The notes under the pieces are model-generated. The model was not told the DNA's origin, made no database searches, and was given only the letters and a program-made list of their open reading frames with translations. 45,032 nt of DNA from Candidatus Jordarchaeia archaeon (GTDB lineage Archaea; Asgardarchaeota; Jordiarchaeia; Jordiarchaeales; Jordiarchaeaceae): NCBI GenBank assembly GCA_029856435.1, contig JAHQXB010000066.1, forward strand, positions 1-45,032. The letters are read 5' to 3'. The position numbers were made by a program, and so were the translations under genes. Positions 1-9,695 of this stretch are shown here, piece by piece; position 1 is the stretch's first letter; each line of letters starts with the position of its first letter.

Positions 1-129
1 GGTTAGCTGGTCTTACTCCTTTTTTTAGGCTTACTTGGAAGGAAGCCCTGTAAAGCCTCCTTTTTTGGAGAGGATCAAACGATTACGCATAGAAGAGAAG
101 CTACATACTTAAGACGAGGTCCCCATTTG

Positions 130-237
130 GGTGATGTAGATTAGTCCGATTCTATCCCTCATTTCGAGGCTCTAAATCAGAAAAGAAGCCCTATAAAAGC
201 TTCTATCGAAGGCGAAATCGAATGAATCTGCACCGCG
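130..237 (+). mobile_element. MITE family A, copy 1 (~108 bp)
   Basis: Homologous to 11975-12077 and to the reverse complement of 41757-41863 (shared cores gctctaaatc..aaagaagccctat and ggcgaaa.cgaa). Starts GGTGATGTAGA. Flanks share only catttg, so the target duplication is degenerate. Confidence 0.8.
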
Positions 238-248
238 CGTTCATTTGA

Positions 249-280
249 TTCGAAATATTTATATAGAAGTGCTGGTACAC
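249..280 (+). promoter_or_regulatory. BRE/TATA promoter of hsp20-thermosome operon, extended element shared with 31837-31868
   Basis: ttcgaaatatttatatagaagtgctggtacac: TATA box TTTATATA ~60 bp before hsp20; 27/32 identical to the element before the second thermosome gene. Confidence 0.8.
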
Positions 281-325
281 CCCGACGTGAATCTAACTCA
301 TTTCTCCTAAGTAAATCCAAAAAGG

Positions 326-901
326 GTGACACCAATGAGTTTCTGGGAAAGGAGAAAAAGGTACAGAAACTTTTTCGACGAAATTAGGGAAATGTTCGAA
401 GAGATGCAGAGAGAGTTCCTGTCTGACTTTCCGTTTTCCGGTATAGATCTAAAAGACCTAGAAAAACTCCCTAAAAGAAGGCTCTCTGATGGAACGGAAA
501 TAACAGGGCCCTTTGTCTATGGATGGAGTATGACAATTGGACCAGACGGGAAACCAGAAATCAGAGAATTTGGAAACTTACCAAGGGGAACCGGATTGGG
601 ATCTGAACCAAGCTCTGTGTTGAAGGGTGTATCGGAAGTCAGAGAACCCCTCACAGACGTGATCGAAACGGAGAATGAAATAATAATTGTAGCCGAAACA
701 CCCGGGATAGATAAACAAGACATCCAGCTAAACAGCACAGAAAATGAGGTGGAGATAAAAGCTGGAGACAAATTCTATAAAAAAGTCAAACTTCCAGCTG
801 TAACTATTCCAGAACAAGCTAAAGCAAGCTATAAAAACGGAATATTAGAAATAAAAATTCCCAAAAAGGAGAAAAAAGGAAGAGGAATAAAAATCGAATA
901 A
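326..901 (+). CDS. hsp20: Small heat shock protein (Hsp20/alpha-crystallin family, archaeal long form)
   Basis: GPFVYGWSMTIGPDGKPEIREFGN, EPLTDVIE, AKASYKNGILEIKIPK and C-terminal IKIE (IxI) motif. GTG start; the ATG three codons later is an alternative. Confidence 0.95.
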   Translation: MTPMSFWERRKRYRNFFDEIREMFEEMQREFLSDFPFSGIDLKDLEKLPKRRLSDGTEITGPFVYGWSMTIGPDGKPEIREFGNLPRGTGLGSEPSSVLKGVSEVREPLTDVIETENEIIIVAETPGIDKQDIQLNSTENEVEIKAGDKFYKKVKLPAVTIPEQAKASYKNGILEIKIPKKEKKGRGIKIE

Positions 902-945
902 AAATCATCAAATGCTAAAAACAAAAATATGTGGAGGAAAAGTAA

Positions 946-2622
946 ATGGCACAACTAGGAGGAGTACCCGTACTAATACTTAAAGAAGGCTCAGAAAGAA
1001 CCCGTGGAAAAGATGCACAAAGGTCAAACATAATGGCTGCAAGAGTAATAGCGGAAGCTGTGAGATCTACACTGGGACCAAGAGGTATGGACAAGATGCT
1101 CGTTGACAGCTTGGGAGACGTTACCATAACAAACGACGGTGCAGCGATTCTGGATGAAATAGAGGTTCAACATCCAGCCGCTAAAATGCTGGTCGGAGTG
1201 GCAAAAACCCAGGACGACGAGGTCGGCGACGGAACTACCACCGCAGTCATAATTGCAGGTGAACTTTTGAAGAGAGCAGAGGAGCTCCTTGACCAAAAAA
1301 TTCACCCAACAATTATAGTTAGCGGATACAAGAAAGCTACAGATGAGGCCAAGAGAATACTGGACCAGATAGCTATCGAGGTAGACCCTGAAGACGTGGA
1401 AACTCTCAAAAAAATTGCAATTACCTCTATGAACAGCAAATCAGTGCTAGGAGCAAAAGAACACTTCGCAGACATCGCAGTAAAAGCCATAAAACAAATT
1501 GCAGAAAAGAAGGATGGCAAAATTGAAGCCAACCGAGACATGGTTAATCTGGTTAAAAAGCAGGGAAAAAGTATTCTAGAAACAGAACTGGTACAAGGCA
1601 TGGTGGTAGATAAGGAACTAGTACATCCAGCTATGCCCAAAATAATCAAGAATGCGAAAATAGCACTGGTAGACGCAGCAATAGAAATTGAAAAAACGGA
1701 GTTCGATGCAGAAATTCGAATAAGCGACCCGACGCAGATGCAAGCCTTCTTAGACGAAGAACAAAACCTACTAAAACAAATGGTTGAAACCATAAAGAAT
1801 ACCGGAGCAAACGTCATATTCTCCCAGAAGGGCATAGATGACACTGCACAGCATTATTTGGCAAAGGCAGGCATAGCAGCAGTTCGCAGGGTTAAGAAAT
1901 CAGATATGGAAAAGTTAGCCAAGGCTACTGGCGCTACCATCGTTACAAGTTTGAAGGAACTTAAGCCTGAACACCTAGGCTACGCAGGTCTTGTTGAGGA
2001 ACTTAAGGTCGCAACTGACAAAATGGTTTACGTCCGTGAATGTAAAAACCCCAAAGCTGTAACCATTGTAATTCGAGGCGGCACTGAACATGTTGTAGAT
2101 GAAGGTGAGCGCGCTCTGAACGACGCCCTCAGTGTGGTCAGAGACGTAATCGAAGATCGGAAAATGGTGGCTGGAGGCGGAGCACCAGAAGTAGAACTCG
2201 CAAAACGCTTAAGAGATTACGCCGAGTCCATCGGTGGCCGTGAACAATTAGCTATTGAAGCCTTCGCTGATTCCCTAGAAATTATTCCCAAAACACTGGC
2301 CGAAAATGCAGGTCATGATCAGCTGGACATCATTGTGAAGCTTCGTGCAGCTCACGAGAAGGACGGCCTTTGGATGGGTGTAAACATTAATACAGGTGAA
2401 GTCGCTGACATGCTTAAGGCAGGTGTCCTTGAACCACTACGTGTGAAGAAGCAAGCTATAGTTTCAGCAAGTGAAGCTGCTGAGATGATTCTGAGAATTG
2501 ATGATGTCATAGCTTCCAAGCCTCACAGCGAATCCAAGGGCGGCGAGGGTACTTCTGGAGGAAAACCTGGAATGCCTGGAGGCGGCCCACCCGGTATGGG
2601 CGGGATGCCCGGCATGATGTAG
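946..2622 (+). CDS. ths: Thermosome (group II chaperonin) subunit with Gly/Met-rich tail
   Basis: [30 protein letters not shown] motifs; tail [17 protein letters not shown]. Confidence 0.97.
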   Translation: MAQLGGVPVLILKEGSERTRGKDAQRSNIMAARVIAEAVRSTLGPRGMDKMLVDSLGDVTITNDGAAILDEIEVQHPAAKMLVGVAKTQDDEVGDGTTTAVIIAGELLKRAEELLDQKIHPTIIVSGYKKATDEAKRILDQIAIEVDPEDVETLKKIAITSMNSKSVLGAKEHFADIAVKAIKQIAEKKDGKIEANRDMVNLVKKQGKSILETELVQGMVVDKELVHPAMPKIIKNAKIALVDAAIEIEKTEFDAEIRISDPTQMQAFLDEEQNLLKQMVETIKNTGANVIFSQKGIDDTAQHYLAKAGIAAVRRVKKSDMEKLAKATGATIVTSLKELKPEHLGYAGLVEELKVATDKMVYVRECKNPKAVTIVIRGGTEHVVDEGERALNDALSVVRDVIEDRKMVAGGGAPEVELAKRLRDYAESIGGREQLAIEAFADSLEIIPKTLAENAGHDQLDIIVKLRAAHEKDGLWMGVNINTGEVADMLKAGVLEPLRVKKQAIVSASEAAEMILRIDDVIASKPHSESKGGEGTSGGKPGMPGGGPPGMGGMPGMM

Positions 2623-2627
2623 TTTAG

Positions 2628-2660
2628 CCCCTTTTTTCTCTTTTTATTTATTTTTTGGGC
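2628..2660 (+). terminator. Probable archaeal oligo-T terminator
   Basis: Long T-rich tract (ccccttttttctctttttattttattttttg) directly after the thermosome stop codon. Confidence 0.5.
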
Positions 2661-3038
2661 CTCGTTCGACTCTGGCGCTGATTCTCTGCTGGGATTTAAA
2701 TTGTTTTTCGCCTGCTCCACTATGTGGAGGATGTTGTTTCAGATAATTTTTGGTGGTAAGGGCCTGCCCGGGCTCCATTATTTTCCAAAAGAAGCGTTTT
2801 TGTTCGTCTCTTTTTAAACCCACCCCGCCTAAAACCATTACTAAAAACTTAATCACTACGCAGTGGAAGAGCGGCAAAAATCATACCCTACAATAAAAAG
2901 ATGAAAGCTAAAACAGGCGAAACAAAAAAATGAGTCTCTTTTTCCTCTTATTTTTTTGTTTCGAAAGATTTTTAGAGGTAATGCGCATATTAGTGTACGA
3001 TTTTTAGGTTGGTGGTTTTTGTGGTTGGATCTGTTGCT

Positions 3039-3410
3039 ATGCTTGAACCCCTTGTGATGTACTTGGGTTTAATTGCTATTGTAGGATATGCCATTCTTTG
3101 CGGATGTTCGATAGTTTATTATAGAAAGAAGAGAGGGGCACTCTTTGTTTTTCTCGCATTATCCTTTCTAGTTTTAATGATGGTTGAGATCGGCTCCCTT
3201 TATTTTGAGCCTGTACTTGATGTATCTTATTATTACCTTATAGAGGTTTATGATTGGTTGAAGTTTGGTTTGGATTACATGTTTTACGCCCAGCAGGAAA
3301 TGTGGCTTATTTTTCAGTCTTTCCATTTCATTGCTATAGTGTTTTTCGGCTTGGCTATGATTTTCGCTAGTAGGATTAGAGGTGAGCTAGTTAAGGAGGG
3401 AAGTAAATGA
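3039..3410 (+). CDS. Small 3-TM membrane protein, unknown function
   Basis: Three hydrophobic segments, basic loop RKKRG after TM1. ATG at 3039 preferred over the ORF-track TTG at 3009. Overlaps the next gene by ATGA. Confidence 0.7.
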   Translation: MLEPLVMYLGLIAIVGYAILCGCSIVYYRKKRGALFVFLALSFLVLMMVEIGSLYFEPVLDVSYYYLIEVYDWLKFGLDYMFYAQQEMWLIFQSFHFIAIVFFGLAMIFASRIRGELVKEGSK

Positions 3411-3745
3411 GTTTCTTATTTGATGTAGCTTCTGTTTTGATGGTTGCCATAGGCTGTGGATACTTGCTTTTAGCTGGTCTGGCTTACTACTCATATAAGA
3501 ATTCAGGCTCCAAATTCCTTCTGTTCTTTATGGGCGCTTTTACCATTTTGTTTTTCATGAATTTATATGGAGGTGTAGCTGGAGCCTATCATCCCTACAA
3601 CGGCTTAATTGCGGATTATTTAAATGCTTTTGGATTCACCTACAGTGCTATATTAGTCAACCTAACGGCTAAAAATCTGGTCATATTTGAAGTTATAGGT
3701 TTGCTTGCCCTCCTCTCGTTCATAATTGGTTTATATAAGGCGTAA
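3407..3745 (+). CDS. Small 3-TM membrane protein, probable paralog of the preceding gene
   Basis: Same layout (TM1 ending in aromatic residues, short polar loop, aromatic-rich TM2, loop, TM3); GGAGG SD and 4-nt overlap. Confidence 0.7.
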   Translation: MSFLFDVASVLMVAIGCGYLLLAGLAYYSYKNSGSKFLLFFMGAFTILFFMNLYGGVAGAYHPYNGLIADYLNAFGFTYSAILVNLTAKNLVIFEVIGLLALLSFIIGLYKA

Positions 3746-3799
3746 TATTTTAAAATAAGGTTCTAGCAATTTTTATACAACGCTCCAAATTCTGGAACG

Positions 3800-4354
3800 A
3801 TGCTAAGTGAGAATTATCTCTCCCTCACAAGGAGTTGGAGTGATAAAAGGTTGATAAAGAAGTTTCGCTCCTACATTTGCGTTCCCTCTAAAGGAAATTA
3901 TGCTAGAGGTGAAAACAGGCCAAAAGTGGATTGCATTCTTTGCTCCATAGCGGAGAGAAATCCAGAGGTTCAACAAAAAATTGTTTATGAAAACAAGGAT
4001 TACATGGTGGTTCTAAATATATATCCTTATAATCCCGGTCACCTTTTGATTTTCCCTATTAGGCATGTTGAAGATTTTGAGGAGTTGAGCAGTGAGGAGG
4101 TCAGCGGACTATTTCTGTTAACCCAGAAATCTGTGAGACTGCTTAAGGAAGTTTACCATCCTCATGGCTTCAATATAGGTGTTAATCAGGGTGAAGCTGC
4201 CGGTGCCAGCGTGAAGCATTTTCACATACAAGTTGTTCCCCGATATCATAGTGAAATAGGATTTATGGAGACTATAAATGGAACCAGAGTGGTGGTTGAG
4301 ACTCTGGATGAAACTCTCAGAAAGCTTAGGAGCAAAGCAAGTATTCTGGATTAG
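3800..4354 (+). CDS. HIT-superfamily nucleotide hydrolase/phosphorylase (HxHxQ variant)
   Basis: CILC, LNIYPYNPGHLLIFP, GFNIGVNQGEAAGASVKHFHIQVVPR. Confidence 0.9.
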   Translation: MLSENYLSLTRSWSDKRLIKKFRSYICVPSKGNYARGENRPKVDCILCSIAERNPEVQQKIVYENKDYMVVLNIYPYNPGHLLIFPIRHVEDFEELSSEEVSGLFLLTQKSVRLLKEVYHPHGFNIGVNQGEAAGASVKHFHIQVVPRYHSEIGFMETINGTRVVVETLDETLRKLRSKASILD

Positions 4355-4467
4355 CTTAAATTTTCCGCCCGCAAAAATTGAGAAATGGGAATTACAAACT
4401 AGTTTCCTTATTGTTTTTTATGAGAGGATTTTAAAGGCTTTATTAAAAATAAATTGGAGGATTAGAT

Positions 4468-5010
4468 ATGGTTAAATATTTTGATGATGTGAAGAAGGAA
4501 GGTGTGTTGAGTGTTGCTTTCCAAATGATGATAAGTGCGAAAACTGCACCCAAGGGTTTGGGTCAGGATTCGGTTATTATAGCGCTTGTTTCTGATGAGG
4601 AGAAGAAAAAAATAGCGGAACAAATGCATCAACTGGCTGAAGTTGCGGGGGAAAATTTTCATAGAGACGCTATGGGAGTGGAGCAGGCTATAACGGTTCT
4701 ACTTTTGGGAATTAAAAATACGGATACTCCCCAAGTTAATTGTGGTGCCTGTGGTTTTCTCACTTGTGAGGAATTTTTGAAGCATGAAAAAAGCGGTGTC
4801 CCTTTTCCGGGGCCCTTTTGTTGTCTTAAACTTGTTGACCTAGGTATAGCAATTGGTTCAGCTGTAAAAACAGCGGCTCTGATAAGTGTAGATAACCGGG
4901 TAATGTACCGTATTGGAGTTGCGGCAAAACTCCTGAATCTGATTGACGCCGACTACATTCTCGGTATTCCCTTATCCGCTTCTTCAAAGAACATCTTTTT
5001 TGACCGCTAA
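4468..5010 (+). CDS. DUF2148-type ferredoxin-domain/nitroreductase-like protein
   Basis: SAKTAPKG, NCGACGFLTC...GPFC, VDLGIAIGSAVKTA, VDNRVMYRIG, GIPLSASSKNIFFDR. Confidence 0.85.
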   Translation: MVKYFDDVKKEGVLSVAFQMMISAKTAPKGLGQDSVIIALVSDEEKKKIAEQMHQLAEVAGENFHRDAMGVEQAITVLLLGIKNTDTPQVNCGACGFLTCEEFLKHEKSGVPFPGPFCCLKLVDLGIAIGSAVKTAALISVDNRVMYRIGVAAKLLNLIDADYILGIPLSASSKNIFFDR

Positions 5011-5089
5011 TCATTTATTGGTCATAAGCTGGTGGAACACTGTTTTCAAAGTGGTGTTCCATTTACTTCATAAAATTTAAATATTCAGA

Positions 5090-6265
5090 ATGATGAGTTT
5101 GCCGAGGGTTGCAGTGTTCAAGAAAGAGTTATCCGAAAAAGAAAGGACAGCTGTACTGGCACTTGAAGACGGCTCCTATTTTATAGGCACCGGTTTTGGC
5201 GCCACAGGTAAGGTTTGCGGCGAAGTGGTGTTCAATACTGGAATGGTAGGATACCCTGAAGCACTCACCGACCCCTCTTACGAGGGCCAAATTCTAGTTC
5301 TAACCTACCCTTTAATAGGTAATTACGGAGTTCCTTCTCGGACTGTTTTTGACCGTTGGATGATTCCCAGCTTTTTTGAATCTGATAGTATTAAGGTGGA
5401 GGGGCTAGTAGTTCACGAGTATTGTAGTACACCACACCATTGGCAGTCTCAACAGACTCTTGGTCAATGGCTTGAAGATGAGGGTATACCAGGTGTACAG
5501 AAAATAGATACCCGAATGTTAACAAAAAAGCTTCGGGAACACGGTGTAATGTTAGGCATCTTAGAAGTTTTTAAAGAAAATGTGGAACCCGACTTGGATA
5601 GGCTAATTAATGAGGCCAAGAGAGTACCTGACCCCAATGATTTGGATCTTGTATCTAAAGTTACATGTAAGGAGCCAATAATTTACAATAATTTGGGACG
5701 AAAAAAAGTTATTGTCATAGATTGTGGAGTAAAATATAACATCATACGTGAACTCCTACACCGCGGAGTGGATGTGGTGAGGGTCCCATATAACTTCTCC
5801 GCAGAAGAAATTATGGATTATAAACCCTCTGGAATATTAGTTACTAACGGTCCTGGGGATCCTAAGAAGGTTCAAAACACAATCGCCACTGTCAGCACTC
5901 TAATAGAATACAATATTCCTGTGATGGGCATATGTTTCGGTAATCAAATAGTTTCCCTAGCCTGTGGCGGCGACACGTACAAGTTAAAATACGGGCATCG
6001 TTCTCAGAACCAGCCTTGCGTCGATGTGAGTACTGGTAGGTGTTACATCACCACACAGAATCACGGCTACGCGGTTAGTTTGGAGTCACTCAAAAACACT
6101 GAGCTGGAAGTATGGTTCCTCAACGTAAATGATAAAACCGTTGAGGGTGTCAGACACAAAAAGCGTAGCGTTTTCTCTGTTCAGTTCCATCCAGAGCATT
6201 CAGCGGGGCCATTAGACTCAGAATATCTTTTCGATGTCTTCTTAAACATGTTGGAGAGTGCATAA
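5090..6265 (+). CDS. carA: Carbamoyl-phosphate synthase small subunit
   Basis: GEVVFNTGMVGYPEALTDPSY, NGPGDP, catalytic GICFG, SVQFHPEH. Confidence 0.97.
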   Translation: MMSLPRVAVFKKELSEKERTAVLALEDGSYFIGTGFGATGKVCGEVVFNTGMVGYPEALTDPSYEGQILVLTYPLIGNYGVPSRTVFDRWMIPSFFESDSIKVEGLVVHEYCSTPHHWQSQQTLGQWLEDEGIPGVQKIDTRMLTKKLREHGVMLGILEVFKENVEPDLDRLINEAKRVPDPNDLDLVSKVTCKEPIIYNNLGRKKVIVIDCGVKYNIIRELLHRGVDVVRVPYNFSAEEIMDYKPSGILVTNGPGDPKKVQNTIATVSTLIEYNIPVMGICFGNQIVSLACGGDTYKLKYGHRSQNQPCVDVSTGRCYITTQNHGYAVSLESLKNTELEVWFLNVNDKTVEGVRHKKRSVFSVQFHPEHSAGPLDSEYLFDVFLNMLESA

Positions 6266-6266
6266 A

Positions 6267-9200
6267 ATGCCCAAGCTTGACTGGATTAAAAAAGTCTTAA
6301 TACTGGGAAGTGGAGCTGTAAGAATTGGCCAAGCGGGAGAGTTCGACTATTCTGGAAGTCAAGCTTTGAAGGCAATGAAAGAGGAGGGCATCGAAACTGT
6401 TCTTGTAAATCCAAACATAGCAACTATCCAAACAGACCCCGGATTTGCTGATAGAGTATATTTGTTACCGGTTATTCCCTATTTTGTTGAGGAGATTATT
6501 AGGAGAGAGGAGCCTGACGGAATTCTACTGAGCTTCGGGGGCCAAACTGCACTTAACTGTGGTGTTGAACTAGCTAAGAGCGGTGTTCTTGAAAAATACA
6601 ATGTTGAAGTCTTAGGAACGCCCATTAGAGCCATAGAACTCACTGAGGATAGGGAACTTTTCAGAAGGGCAATGATGGAAGCCGGAGTTAAGGTTCTGGA
6701 TAGTGCCACTGCTTCCTCTGTGGATGAGGCTCTTAAAATAGCTGAGAAAATAGGTTATCCCGTTATGGTTAGAGTGGCGTACACTTTAGGTGGGCAGGGT
6801 TCTGGTGTAGCCCACAATAAGGACGAACTTGAAGATATTGTAGGTAGGGCCTTAGCTCAGAGTATGATTTCCCAAGTTCTTATAGAACGGTATGTCGGTA
6901 AATGGAAGGAGATAGAATACGAAGTGGTTCGTGACTCTAAAGACAACTGTATAACTGTGTGTAACATGGAGAACCTTGATCCTATGGGTATTCACACTGG
7001 AGAATCGATTGTGGTGGCTCCTAGCCAAACTCTCACAAACAAGGAGTACCACACTCTAAGGGAGGCTTCTATTCGGGTTATACGGTATTTAGGAATTGTA
7101 GGAGAGTGTAACATCCAGTACGCATTACATCCGCAGTCGCTTGATTTCTACGCTGTTGAGGTCAATGCTCGGCTATCACGTTCTTCTGCACTTGCATCAA
7201 AAGCCACGGGCTACCCCCTAGCATACATTGCCGCAAAACTGGCTATAGGATACACTTTGCCCGAACTAACCAATAAGGTAACTGGCGTAACCACGGCGTG
7301 TTTTGAGCCCGCTTTAGATTATGTGGTTGTTAAAATACCCCGATGGGATCTTCAAAAGTTTATCAATGTGAATAGACACATTGGCACGCAAATGAAAAGT
7401 GTGGGGGAGGTTATGGCCATCGGTCGGTGCTTTGAGGAGGCTATTCAAAAGGCTATGCGAATGCTGGATATTGGCGCTTTAGGATTAGTGGGGAATGTGG
7501 ATGAGATTAAACCAGAGCCCATAGAGCACATCAAATATCTTTTATCTAATCCTACTGACGAAAGAATATTCAAAATAGTTAAGGCACTGAAGAGGGGGGT
7601 TTCGGTTGATGAAATTTATTCTTTGACTGGCATCGATAAATGGTTTCTATACAAGATACAGAACATAATTAACATGGAGGAGTATTTGAAAAATCTCAGC
7701 CTTGATTCTCAAGAGATTAAGAAGGCTTTGAAGGAGGCTAAAAGACTAGGTTTTTCCGATGAACAAATCGCCAATTGTCTGAACACAAGTGAAAATGAGA
7801 TAAGAAAACTGAGGAAGAAACTAGGTATACTACCTGTGGTAAACCAGATAGATACTCTGGCAGCCGAGTGGCCAGCCAAAACAAATTATCTATACATGAC
7901 CTATGGAGGAGAAGAAGACGACATCGTTTTCGAGAATAAGAATAAAGTTATCGTTCTGGGAGCTGGAACATATAGAATCGGCAGTTCTGTAGAATTCGAT
8001 TGGTGTTGCGTAAATACAACTCTAGCCTTAAAAAATAGCGGCGTGGACGAGGCCATAATGATTAATTACAATCCAGAGACCGTCTCAACCGATTATGATA
8101 TGAGCGACAAATTATACTTTGAAGAATTGAGCTTTGAAAGGGTAATGGACATATACGAAAAAGAAAGTCCTCTTGGGATTATCGTTTCTGTGGGTGGGCA
8201 GATGCCCAACAATATAGCCATAAGGCTAGCGAATAATGGCGTAAAAATTCTGGGAACAAGTGCGGAGGACATTGACAGGGCAGAGGACAGAGCCAAGTTT
8301 AGCGCCCTTCTGGACTCACTGAATATTCCCCAACCCCCATGGCAGAAGCTTTCATCGCTTGAAGAGGCAAAAAACTTCGCCAATAGGGTGGGGTACCCCG
8401 TACTGGTTCGACCAAGCTATGTTCTTTCAGGGGCAGCTATGAGGGTGGCTTACAGTGATGAACATTTAGAAGACTTCTTAGTTCTAGCCGCTAGAGTCTC
8501 AAAAGAGCATCCAGTAGTAATATCCAAGTTCATAGAAGAGGCTAGAGAAGTCGAAGTAGATGGGGTTTGCGATGGAGAAGATGTTCTTATAGGGGCAGTT
8601 ATAGAACATGTGGAAGATGCCGGCGTCCATTCCGGCGACGCAACAATGAGTATACCTCCCCACAGCCTATCAAGGGATACGATAGACAAGGTGGAGCATT
8701 ATAGTCACAAAATTGCCAAGGCTCTTAATATTAAGGGACCCTTTAACATTCAGTATCTAGTTAAAAATGGTGAGGTATATGTCATTGAGTGTAATCTGAG
8801 AGCCTCCAGATCAATGCCTTTTGTAAGTAAAACTAAGGGCATTAATCTTATGGAGAAGGCTGCGGCGGTGATGTTGGGCAAAAAGCTGAGAGAGATAAAT
8901 GCTCTTCGCTCACCAGAAATTCATCATACTGGAATTAAAGTTCCCCAATTTTCATTTATGCGCCTCGAGGGAGCCGACCCCGTACTTGGAGTGGAGATGG
9001 TTTCAACTGGCGAAGTAGCTTGTCTCGGCGAGAGCTTTGATGAAGCCTTCCTAAAGGCTCTTTTAGCCGCGGAGTTCAAGGTGCCCTTAAATGGTGGAAG
9101 CGTGCTAATAAGTGTTGGAGGTAAGGAACTTAAGGACAAACTTTTGCCTCTAGCAAAAGAATTTTCAGAAATGGGCTACAAAATCTACGCAACAGAGCAT

Positions 9201-9548
9201 ACTGCTGAAGCCTTTCTAAGGGAAGGTTTAGATAATGTGGAAACCGTTTACAAGATGAGGGAGACACAAAGAAAGCCAAACATAAGAGACTATCTAGTTA
9301 ACCGCAAAATCGATCTAGTAATAAATATTGTGAGAACTGGCACTCTTGAAAAGTTTGCCGAGATGATGAGCGACGAGTATGTGATAAGGAGGAAGGCTAC
9401 GGAATATAATATTCCCGTGGTAACAAACTTTAAAATGGCTAGTGCTCTAGTTAAAGCCCTAAAGGCTATGAAAAATAAAAAACTGAATGTAAAATCCCTA
9501 AACGAGTACATAGAAATAGTTGAAGGGCCTACAATCATTTCCAAATAA
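6267..9548 (+). CDS. carB: Carbamoyl-phosphate synthase large subunit
   Basis: GQAGEFDYSG, two ATP-grasp domains (EVNARLSRSS; ECNLRASRS), C-terminal MGS domain. ATG at 6267 just after the carA stop. Confidence 0.97.
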   Translation: MPKLDWIKKVLILGSGAVRIGQAGEFDYSGSQALKAMKEEGIETVLVNPNIATIQTDPGFADRVYLLPVIPYFVEEIIRREEPDGILLSFGGQTALNCGVELAKSGVLEKYNVEVLGTPIRAIELTEDRELFRRAMMEAGVKVLDSATASSVDEALKIAEKIGYPVMVRVAYTLGGQGSGVAHNKDELEDIVGRALAQSMISQVLIERYVGKWKEIEYEVVRDSKDNCITVCNMENLDPMGIHTGESIVVAPSQTLTNKEYHTLREASIRVIRYLGIVGECNIQYALHPQSLDFYAVEVNARLSRSSALASKATGYPLAYIAAKLAIGYTLPELTNKVTGVTTACFEPALDYVVVKIPRWDLQKFINVNRHIGTQMKSVGEVMAIGRCFEEAIQKAMRMLDIGALGLVGNVDEIKPEPIEHIKYLLSNPTDERIFKIVKALKRGVSVDEIYSLTGIDKWFLYKIQNIINMEEYLKNLSLDSQEIKKALKEAKRLGFSDEQIANCLNTSENEIRKLRKKLGILPVVNQIDTLAAEWPAKTNYLYMTYGGEEDDIVFENKNKVIVLGAGTYRIGSSVEFDWCCVNTTLALKNSGVDEAIMINYNPETVSTDYDMSDKLYFEELSFERVMDIYEKESPLGIIVSVGGQMPNNIAIRLANNGVKILGTSAEDIDRAEDRAKFSALLDSLNIPQPPWQKLSSLEEAKNFANRVGYPVLVRPSYVLSGAAMRVAYSDEHLEDFLVLAARVSKEHPVVISKFIEEAREVEVDGVCDGEDVLIGAVIEHVEDAGVHSGDATMSIPPHSLSRDTIDKVEHYSHKIAKALNIKGPFNIQYLVKNGEVYVIECNLRASRSMPFVSKTKGINLMEKAAAVMLGKKLREINALRSPEIHHTGIKVPQFSFMRLEGADPVLGVEMVSTGEVACLGESFDEAFLKALLAAEFKVPLNGGSVLISVGGKELKDKLLPLAKEFSEMGYKIYATEHTAEAFLREGLDNVETVYKMRETQRKPNIRDYLVNRKIDLVINIVRTGTLEKFAEMMSDEYVIRRKATEYNIPVVTNFKMASALVKALKAMKNKKLNVKSLNEYIEIVEGPTIISK

Positions 9549-9695
9549 AAGCGTACATACTAATTTTTTTACCCTAAAATTCTAAAAATTAAGTGAAAAT
9601 GTTTGATGATAATATGTTTAATTCCTATTCGTCATCGCCTCTGGAAGAACCAGTTGCTTTGGTGGCATTCAATTCCTGTATGAGGTGTTACTGTC

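Noticed and set aside
1-95. Further degenerate MITE A-like sequence (ggaaggaagccctgtaaagcctcc), also near 35300-35345
   Set aside because: Similarity is short, ends and target duplications are not identifiable, and the first is cut by the window edge; not called.
2644-2877. 77-aa minus-strand ORF after the thermosome gene
   Set aside because: No motif or SD recognised and it overlaps the terminator tract; cannot be supported as a gene.
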